NCBI GenBank assembly: GCA_965248445.1 | Contig: CBDFJG010000004.1 | Coordinates: 576,001 to 640,000 of the forward strand | Direction: 5' to 3' | Length of the DNA stretch: 64,000 bases | DNA from: Planctomycetota bacterium | GTDB taxonomy: Bacteria > Planctomycetota > JAJSAM01 > JAJVHW01 | Shown here: piece after piece, positions 57,042 through 64,000 of the stretch | Position numbering within the stretch: the stretch's first letter is position 1 | Layout: each line of letters opens with the position of its first letter | Position numbers and translations under genes: made by a program | The notes under the pieces: generated by a model | Database searches by the model: none | What the model was told of the DNA's origin: nothing | Seen by the model: only the letters and a program-made list of their open reading frames with translations

Positions 57042-57122
57042 CCAGCTCGCGGCCAGCGGCACCCACAGCGCGAAGATCGCGCGCTGTGTGAGAGGGCCGG
57101 GGGATGCCGTCTTCGGAGTCAC
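57042..57122 (-). pseudogene. 5' stub of a MATE/ANKH-like membrane protein gene
   Basis: LTQRAIFALWVPLAASW resembles the N-terminus of that family, then the resemblance stops. Confidence 0.4.
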
Positions 57123-57285
57123 GAGGAGCGTGTGTCTACCCGCCCCCGTGCCACGGGGCGCCAAGTGCGGAGCCGCCGCCGCGGCGAAGTGCTCCGGCGA
57201 GTCCCTACTCCGAGTGGATCGCTATCGAGATGCCCGATCGTTCCTGCTGCGCGGACAGCCCGCACGAGGTCAGCGACTCTGACGC

Positions 57286-58203
57286 TCAGCGAGGTTCGAG
57301 CAACCGTCGTGCGTTGCCGCCGAGGATCAGCGCCGCGTCATCGTCCGAGAGGCCGCAGTTCTGCATCGCTTCGCGCTGGACCGTCAGCAGGTCGGCGCGC
57401 CAGCCCCGCGGGAACGTGCACGAGTCGGTGCCGAAGAGGATGCGCCGGCGGCCGAACACGCCGAGAGCCGTGCGGAACACGTCGTCCAGTGTGATGTCGG
57501 CCGGCTGCGTCGCGATCCACGAGTTCGAGGACGACGAGTCGGTGTAGACGTTCTCACACATCGAGCCGGCCATCAGCGTCTCGCGGAAAAACCCCGCACC
57601 GAAGTGCGGGATCACGAAGTGCGCAGCAGGGTGCGCATTGGCCGCGGGGATGATGTCGAGCGGGTTGGCGTACGCGAGATCCTGCGGACGCGGGAGGCCG
57701 AGCAGGTCCTTCAGTTTGACGACCAGGACGCCGCAGTGCACGACGGCCGTGGCGTGGCTGTCGGCCAGCGCCTCGAGCACCGGGCGCACCGCCGCGTCGC
57801 CCATCCGGTAGTGATGCACCGCCGGGAACAGGAGGATGCCGCGGAACGGGCCGTCCTCGAGCAGTGCGCGCACCCGCTCACCGGCACCCGGTGCGACGGG
57901 ATTGACCAGCGCGAACGGCGTGATGCGGCCGCCCGAGACCTGCGCCGCTTCGGCGAGCACCGGGATCTCCTGCGGCACGCTCGCGAAGCTGACCATGTGC
58001 TCGACGCCGTTGGCGTCCATCTCCGCGTGCCAGCGCGCAACGTGCTCGGCGGTGTCGGAGCCGGGAACTTCGAGGCCGGTCTTCTCGACAACGCGCGCGA
58101 GCTTCTCCTCGGTCGTGCCGGGCTGCGGTGACTGCGCCGCGAGCGTCTCGAAGAACGTCCGCGAGAAGAAGTGCGAGTGGAAGTCGATAATGCGCGTCGT
58201 CAT
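57286..58203 (-). CDS. Amidohydrolase family (Amidohydro_2)
   Basis: IDFHSHF, VHCG, IPHFGAG and ILFGTDS. GGAGGT lies upstream. Confidence 0.88.
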   Translation of the reverse strand: MTTRIIDFHSHFFSRTFFETLAAQSPQPGTTEEKLARVVEKTGLEVPGSDTAEHVARWHAEMDANGVEHMVSFASVPQEIPVLAEAAQVSGGRITPFALVNPVAPGAGERVRALLEDGPFRGILLFPAVHHYRMGDAAVRPVLEALADSHATAVVHCGVLVVKLKDLLGLPRPQDLAYANPLDIIPAANAHPAAHFVIPHFGAGFFRETLMAGSMCENVYTDSSSSNSWIATQPADITLDDVFRTALGVFGRRRILFGTDSCTFPRGWRADLLTVQREAMQNCGLSDDDAALILGGNARRLLEPR

Positions 58204-58285
58204 GGTCCACCTCCGTTGCTCGCACGATAGCGGACGCTCTGCGCCACGCCGCGAGTGACGCGCGGCAATGCGCTAGGCTACGTAG

Positions 58286-59246
58286 ATGCGACTTTCCGAC
58301 GCGGTCGTCGTGATCGCGGCGCTGACCTGTTGCGCTGCCTGCGGGGATGACCCGGCAACACCGGCCAGCCCGCCTGCGGCGAGGGCCGCCGCCCCCATGG
58401 GCGAGCTGGGCGTTGATCTGAGCGCACCGGCGGCGCCGGTCGCACCACCAGATCCAGCCGAGGATCCGGAGTCACTCGTGCGCTCCGCGATGGACCATCT
58501 GTACGACGTCGGCGTCGTCAAGATCCAGATGCACGTGAACGTCCGTCCCGACGGACTGACAACGCATCGTGTGTCACCGCCATTGCCCGACGAGGACGTG
58601 CTCTGGGCACGCATCGAGGAGGCCGGCGTCGAACTGGCCGCGCAGTGCGGAGCACCCGGACGCGGCGGCGCAGCTTCTGACCGAGGAATTCGCCGACGAG
58701 AAGGCGCGCCGCTGCGCGAACACCCTCCTCGCTCTCAAGTACTGCGATGCATCGTTGTGCACACGCCTCGCCGCGGTCGCAGCCGCGGGCCAACTCCGAA
58801 GCGCGGATGACTGGGGTGCACTCCTGTCCGCCGTCACTTCTGCCGGCGGCAGCCTCGACTTCTACGCAGAGAGGCGCGCGCTCCGAGAGGGTAGCGACAC
58901 GGCGCGCGGGCTCGTCGTCACGATGGCGGGAGACGAGATCGCTGCTGGTCAGACAGATCGGCTGCTGATCCTGTGGGAGGCTTGGGATCTCGCTGTCGCC
59001 GGCGATTTCGACGAACTCAAGGTGTCGGCCGCGCTGAGGACGGCGATCAACACCACAGGGCGCTCCGTCTCCGCGAGGGAAGTCGTCGCTCTCGCGGACC
59101 ACGTCTCCCGCCCGGACTGGTCGCCCCGACTGCGGGTGCTCGCCGGCATGCTGGAGGAACACGCGAGCGCCGACGGGCGCGTCTCCGACGCCGCGATCGG
59201 CGAGTTCATGGTGCGCTTGACCGACGCGTGGCGAGCCGCGGACTGA
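58286..59246 (+). pseudogene. Hypothetical lipoprotein split by a frameshift near 58650
   Basis: The lipobox frame (CAAC) reads well to ELAAQC and continues in another frame as EHPDAAAQLL...AWRAAD. Confidence 0.6.
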
Positions 59247-59267
59247 GGGCGGAGTTCGCGCCGAGCG

Positions 59268-59558
59268 TCAGCAGGAGCCGCAGGTCTCGCAACGCCAGCC
59301 GGCGTCATCGCGGCGGCGGTGGCGCTTCATGTCGATGAGCGCGACCACATAGACGCCGGCCCAGACGCAGAGCATCGCGACATGGGTCTCGCCCGGCGAG
59401 AGGTCGTAGGCGCGGCGCAGCGGGTAACCGGCCGCGAGCGCGAGGGCGCCGGCCGACGTCCACCAGACGACCGCGCGCCGCTGCCAGTCCTTGCCGGGGG
59501 GCGACTCCGTCTCGCACGTCGTGCACACGCGGGGACGCGGCTCGGCGGTCGTGGACAT
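59268..59558 (-). CDS. Small membrane protein with CxxC-hydrophobic hairpin-CxxC architecture
   Basis: CTTC, two hydrophobic segments, then CETC. Confidence 0.55.
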   Translation of the reverse strand: MSTTAEPRPRVCTTCETESPPGKDWQRRAVVWWTSAGALALAAGYPLRRAYDLSPGETHVAMLCVWAGVYVVALIDMKRHRRRDDAGWRCETCGSC

Positions 59559-59728
59559 GGATGGTCCAACCGAAACAGAGCAGCGTGCGTTCGCAGTGCC
59601 TGGGACGGCGCTGCGTGCAAGAAACGTCACCGTCGCGCGTCGAGCTGTGCACCAACACACGACGTCGCGTCCGGCGCACACAGCGCCGAGCGGCGGAGGA
59701 GGCAGGATGACGGGACGAAGCGTCTCGT

Positions 59729-60133
59729 GTGAGGACGCCGCGCGCGTTCACGCTGATCGAGTTGCTGGTGGTGATCGCCATCATCGGGATGCTGGTCAGC
59801 ATCGTCGCGGTCAACTCGATGGGCGCAGCCGATCAGGCGCGGGTCGACTCGACCAAGTGGCAGATGGGGCAGATCGAGAGCGCGGTCAGCATGTTCAAGC
59901 TGAAGAAGCGGCGGCTGCCCGAGACGCTCGACGACCTCGTCGGCGGCGTCGACGACGAGCGCTTCCTCGGCTACAGCCGCGTGCCCCGCGACGCGTGGGG
60001 AGGAGAGTTCCTCTACGAGGCGACTTCTCGCGGCGGCTTCCAGCTGACCTCATTCGGCGAGGACGGCAGGCAGGGAGGCGACAGCTTCGCGGCAGACATC
60101 ACGCGGGACGACCTGATTGACGTCGGAGACTAG
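59729..60133 (+). CDS. gspG: Major pseudopilin GspG-like protein
   Basis: A|FTLIELLVVIAIIG prepilin motif, PRDAWG and SFGEDG..GG....DI. Confidence 0.8.
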   Translation: MRTPRAFTLIELLVVIAIIGMLVSIVAVNSMGAADQARVDSTKWQMGQIESAVSMFKLKKRRLPETLDDLVGGVDDERFLGYSRVPRDAWGGEFLYEATSRGGFQLTSFGEDGRQGGDSFAADITRDDLIDVGD

Positions 60134-60209
60134 CCGCATGGGTTTCGCTCGGCCGCGGGGCGGCTAGAATGGCGCCGGCGGGCGAGATCCCCCGCCGGGA
60201 GGTGTCGTC

Positions 60210-60881
60210 ATCGCCAAGGTCAATTCCCTCGCACTCTTCGGACTCGCGGCAGCGGCGGCGGTCGGCATGTTCTTCCTCGGAGCAGCGGTCGGCGGGACGT
60301 TCGGCGGGGAACCGGTCTCGCCGTCCGACGCGAGCGTCGACGACGGCAGCACCGGCGCGGCGAACGCCAAGATCCTCGCCAAGCTCGACGCGCTCTCCCG
60401 CGAGGTGCGGCAGTTGCGCGACGGGCAGGCCGACGACGCACGCAACGCGCAGAACGACCGGAAGCGCGATCGCGTCGATCCTGCGACGGCGCAACTCCGC
60501 GTCGCTTCACCGACCGAGCTGAGCGCCGGTGAGCGCGAGATCCTCGAGCGGTTGAAGTCCCTCGAGATGGTGGGAGGGCGGGTCGCTTTCACGGCACCCG
60601 TCGTCTACCAGGCGGTCACCAAGCTCGAACGGCCGCCGAATCTGACCGCGCGGCAGTACCTCGCTACGCTGAAGTCGAAGAACAACACGACGGTCCAGCA
60701 GGCGCACGCCGGCTGGTCCCCCGCGCAGGTGCAGAACGAGTACGGCATGCCCGACGCCATCCTGGATCGCGACAGCTACATCGAGTGGGTCTACTTCATC
60801 GGAGATGAGCCGTCGGACGGCAGCAAGCGCAAGCAGTTCGACTTCCACTTCACGAACGACCGCTGCAACGTCGCGCACTAG
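60210..60881 (+). CDS. Hypothetical membrane-anchored protein (coiled coil, BamE/SmpA-like tail), probable ATC start (first ATG is 60267)
   Basis: GGGAGGT at 60197-60203, 6-nt spacer, in-frame ATC. C-terminal GWSPAQV...YGMPD....EWVY. Confidence 0.6.
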   Translation: MAKVNSLALFGLAAAAAVGMFFLGAAVGGTFGGEPVSPSDASVDDGSTGAANAKILAKLDALSREVRQLRDGQADDARNAQNDRKRDRVDPATAQLRVASPTELSAGEREILERLKSLEMVGGRVAFTAPVVYQAVTKLERPPNLTARQYLATLKSKNNTTVQQAHAGWSPAQVQNEYGMPDAILDRDSYIEWVYFIGDEPSDGSKRKQFDFHFTNDRCNVAH

Positions 60882-60949
60882 GGGCGGACGCGCGCCGCTG
60901 ATCGCGGGCAGGGCAGCGCCGTACCCACGGCGCTCTACGATCCCCTGTC

Positions 60950-61978
60950 GTGCCCCCCCTCCGCGTCCTCCTCCTGACTCACAAGGAACTCTACGCGCGA
61001 CCCTCGCTCGACGGCTTCACCGAGCAGGAGACGCTGCCGTGGCGCACCGCGTACCAGGTGTTTCACGGCTTGTGGGCGATGGGACACGACGTGGGGCAAC
61101 TGGGGCTCGACGACAGCCTGGGACCGCTGCACAGGGAGCTCGACCGCGCGCTGCCGGACATCGTGTTCAACCTGCTCCTCGAACTGCGCGACTCGGGCGG
61201 GTACGAGCCGCACGTCGTCTCAGCGCTCGAAGCGCGCGGCGTACCGTTCACCGGTTGTAACTCCGAGGGGCTCGTGCTCACGCGCGACAAGGCGCTGTCG
61301 AAGACTCTCCTGCGCGCGCATGACGTGCCGGTGCCGGACTTCGCGGCGATCGCTCTGGGTCGCCGGGCGCGCAAGGTCCCGATCGAGTTCCCCGTGATCG
61401 TCAAGCCGAACGACGGAAGCGGATCCGTCGCGATCTCCGAGGACGCGATCGTGCACGACCAGGCCGCGTTATCCCGCCGCATCGCACTGCTGCACGACAC
61501 CTACGGACTGGGCGTGATCGTCGAGCGCTTCATCGCGGGGCGAGAACTCACAGTCGGCGTCCTCGGCAACGGCCGTCCGGAGGTGCTCCCGGTCATGGAG
61601 ACCGTGTTCGGTGATCTGCCGGAGGCCGCGCCCCGGATTCTGACAAGGCGCCTGAAGTGGGACCTGCACCACCGCCGCGAGCTGGGCGTGCAGTGCGCGC
61701 CCGCGCAGAAGCTCCGGGCGGCGGACCGGGAACGAGTGACCGCAATCGCAGAGCGCGCGTTCGGGGTCCTCCGCCTGTCCGGGTTCGCCCGCTTCGACGT
61801 CCGCTTGGCACCGGACGGCGGCGCCTTCGTCGTGGACGTCAACCCCAACCCCGACCTCGACTCGGAAGACGAGCTCGCGCTCTCCGCGACATCTGCAGGT
61901 ATGTCGCAGCACGACCTGCTGGCACGAGTGATCGACCTCGGGCTCGCCTACCGCCCCTGGTGGGCAGGCTCTCCTTGA
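60950..61978 (+). CDS. Ddl-like ATP-grasp ligase (not a canonical Ddl)
   Basis: PFTG, RDKALSK, FPVIVKP..GSGS, ERFIAGRELTVGVLGN, ARFD and DVNPNP. Confidence 0.8.
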   Translation: MPPLRVLLLTHKELYARPSLDGFTEQETLPWRTAYQVFHGLWAMGHDVGQLGLDDSLGPLHRELDRALPDIVFNLLLELRDSGGYEPHVVSALEARGVPFTGCNSEGLVLTRDKALSKTLLRAHDVPVPDFAAIALGRRARKVPIEFPVIVKPNDGSGSVAISEDAIVHDQAALSRRIALLHDTYGLGVIVERFIAGRELTVGVLGNGRPEVLPVMETVFGDLPEAAPRILTRRLKWDLHHRRELGVQCAPAQKLRAADRERVTAIAERAFGVLRLSGFARFDVRLAPDGGAFVVDVNPNPDLDSEDELALSATSAGMSQHDLLARVIDLGLAYRPWWAGSP

Positions 61979-62067
61979 TCCACGCAGGGTGAGCCGATTC
62001 GGGCTCGCCCGTCGTTCTGCGCGTGTCAGAATGCGGTCGGTCCCAGTTCGAGCGGGGAGGCGCGACC

Positions 62068-62511
62068 ATGGATTGTCCACGCTGCGAGAAACAGCTGGCG
62101 GTGACGTTCTGCACCGGCGGACGCATGCTGATGTGTGCGTACTGCGGGGGAACGGCGGTCACAGTCGAGATGCTCCGCCGGTTCGCACCACAGGACCGCA
62201 TCGACGACATCTGGCGCCAGGCGAAGACCACGCGGGAGAAGAGCACCCGCGACTGCCCGAGCTGCGAAGCCAAGATGCGCCGCGTGATGTCGGAGGCCGG
62301 TGAACAGGTCGTGATCCTCGAGACCTGCGCGCTCTGTCACATCGTGTGGTTCGACGAGTCCGAGCTGAAGGCGTTCTCGCCGGACGCGACCGAGCCCTCC
62401 GAGGAGGAGAAGGTCGAGGCCGCCGATCGCCTGGGCGTGAAGGACCGCGACAACGCCGGCGACGGTGTGTGGCGATTCGCGGGACGCTTGAAGGGCCTGT
62501 TCGGCGAGTAG
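62068..62511 (+). CDS. Double zf-TFIIB-like zinc-ribbon protein, paralog 1
   Basis: CPRC/CAYC and CPSC/CALC..VWFD..EL. GGGAGG lies upstream. Confidence 0.8.
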   Translation: MDCPRCEKQLAVTFCTGGRMLMCAYCGGTAVTVEMLRRFAPQDRIDDIWRQAKTTREKSTRDCPSCEAKMRRVMSEAGEQVVILETCALCHIVWFDESELKAFSPDATEPSEEEKVEAADRLGVKDRDNAGDGVWRFAGRLKGLFGE

Positions 62512-62536
62512 TCGTCCGCGCGCTGTGACCGGAGTC

Positions 62537-63028
62537 ATGAACTGCCCAAGCTGTGAGAAGCCGTTGGCAGTTACCTTCTGCGCGGGCGGTCGCATGCTGA
62601 TGTGTGCGTACTGCAACGGCACTGCGGTGACGATCGAGATGCTGCGCCGCTTTGCGCCCGGTGTCCGTGTGAACGACATCTGGCTGCAGGCGAAGTCGAC
62701 GCGCGAGAGAAGTGAACGCGACTGCCCGAGTTGTGAGTCCGCGATGCGGCGCGTGACCGTGAAGGCCGGCGAGCACACGGTCGTCCTCGAGACCTGCGCA
62801 CAGTGCCATGTCGTGTGGTTCGACGGAGACGAACTCCGCACGCTGTCCCCCGACGCGACGGAACCGTCCGAGGAGGAGCGACGCGCGGCGGCGAAGCGCC
62901 TCGGCATCAAGGACCACGACAGCGTGGGGTCTGGAGTCTGGCGTTTCGTAGGGCAGCTCGGACGCATGCTGTCGGAGCGTGAGGGCGTCTACGGTGAAGG
63001 CGTGCCGTGGTCCGGAGAGGTGTTCTAG
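62537..63028 (+). CDS. Double zf-TFIIB-like zinc-ribbon protein, paralog 2
   Basis: Collinear with paralog 1 over its whole length. Confidence 0.8.
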   Translation: MNCPSCEKPLAVTFCAGGRMLMCAYCNGTAVTIEMLRRFAPGVRVNDIWLQAKSTRERSERDCPSCESAMRRVTVKAGEHTVVLETCAQCHVVWFDGDELRTLSPDATEPSEEERRAAAKRLGIKDHDSVGSGVWRFVGQLGRMLSEREGVYGEGVPWSGEVF

Positions 63029-63091
63029 GGGCTGGGTCCACGGCCGCCTCGCGATGGCGCCCGCGAGGCCAGGGCGCCTAGACTGACCGGC

Positions 63092-64000
63092 GTGAAGGCA
63101 CTGCCGTTCGCGATCTCGTTCGCCGCGCTCGTCCTCGGAGCCGCGGCGGTGTGGCTCTCGCTGGCGGGCCGCGACGCCGGCCCGGACCTGACCGGTCTCG
63201 AGGCGCGCATCGCGGAGCTCGAGCGGCAACTTGGTGCGCGGGCGCCGAGGAGCCGGCCGCGCTCGGGGGCGTCGCGAGCGGCGCCCGACATCCCGGCGCG
63301 GGCGGCACCCGCGATCCCGCCGCGGGCGGCACCGGACACTCCGGATCGGGCAGCACCGAGTATGCGTACGCAGCCGGGTCCGTCCGTGAGCGGTGAGAGC
63401 GCACACGCGTTCCTCGAGGGCTGGGTGCGCTCGTTCCATGAGAACGGCGAGGGGACCGAGTTCTTCCGGCTCGGAGTCGAGGCGTTCGCGCCGGAACTGG
63501 TGAGCGACCTCGGCGCGTATCTCGCCGACGCGCGGCAGCCGGCAGGGCTCCGCCTCGCGATCGCGAAGATGCTCGGCGCCGCCCGTTTCAAGGACGACTC
63601 CCGCGCCGTGGACGCGCTGATGAACGCGCTACGAGGTGCGCCGAGCCGTGATCTGGCCGAGCAGGCGTTGCGAGGCGTCGTGCAGTCCGGCGACGTACGG
63701 CGCGCGACAGAACTCGAGGGGCTCTCCGACCGCGTGGAGGACGCCGTGTCACGCGGTCACGTGTACCGCGCGATCGCCGCGCTGGCCGGCGAACAGACGA
63801 ACGCCACTTTGCTGCGTCTGATCTCGCGCGAACGCGACACCGTGGCGCAACGTGCCATCGTCGAGAGCGTGAACGCGCAGGACGAGGACTCAGCACTCGA
63901 GATCCTGCGGCGCGCCTCGCGCGGCGACGCTTACTACCTGCGAAATCGCGCGGCGGAGAAGCTGGGGCTGTTCCGCAGCGACGCGGCGCGCCAGTTCCTC
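63092..64000 (+). CDS. Membrane-anchored HEAT-repeat-like protein, 3'-truncated by the window edge (absent from the ORF track)
   Basis: Open frame VKALPFAISFAALVLGAAAVWL..., coiled coil, RAAP 8-aa repeats (63275-63358), and LRNRAAEKLG. Confidence 0.75.
   Translation, partial: MKALPFAISFAALVLGAAAVWLSLAGRDAGPDLTGLEARIAELERQLGARAPRSRPRSGASRAAPDIPARAAPAIPPRAAPDTPDRAAPSMRTQPGPSVSGESAHAFLEGWVRSFHENGEGTEFFRLGVEAFAPELVSDLGAYLADARQPAGLRLAIAKMLGAARFKDDSRAVDALMNALRGAPSRDLAEQALRGVVQSGDVRRATELEGLSDRVEDAVSRGHVYRAIAALAGEQTNATLLRLISRERDTVAQRAIVESVNAQDEDSALEILRRASRGDAYYLRNRAAEKLGLFRSDAARQFL

Noticed and set aside
63275..63358. 24-bp tandem repeat
   Set aside because: Degenerate in-frame RAAP linker repeat within a CDS.

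Overview
Very GC-rich (about 70%) bacterial chromosome segment. The gene content (pseudopilin-like, HEAT, FG-GAP, Kelch and carboxypeptidase-regulatory-like proteins) suggests a Planctomycetota-like lineage, which is an inference. Housekeeping and metabolic genes include uppP, thrS, an SDR-type threonine dehydrogenase, copA, a Ca/Na antiporter, lysA and glcDEF, alongside many secreted peptidases. Mobile DNA comprises an intact IS1380 (CTAG duplication), an IS3-family element and an IS66 remnant. Highlights: (1) a MOBT/Rep_trans-type nick-site hairpin (ACCCCC-GCTC-CTAACAGGGGGGT, 54623-54649, minus strand) and a Rep_trans-like C-terminal fragment (56087-56401) bracket a single cargo gene, resembling a circularly permuted rolling-circle mini-element in a patch of gene fragments; (2) an apparent three-gene ceramide synthesis cluster (spt, bcerS-like, cerR-like; 18.7-22.3 kb); (3) TANNNT boxes 6-8 nt upstream of at least 10 start codons, suggesting widespread leaderless mRNAs; (4) a two-copy structured intergenic element with GTAG-REP-like and GNA-triloop hairpins; (5) several catalytically degenerate enzymes and a probable ATC start codon. 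No rRNA, tRNA or CRISPR array was recognised. All family calls come from motif recognition by eye, not database searches.
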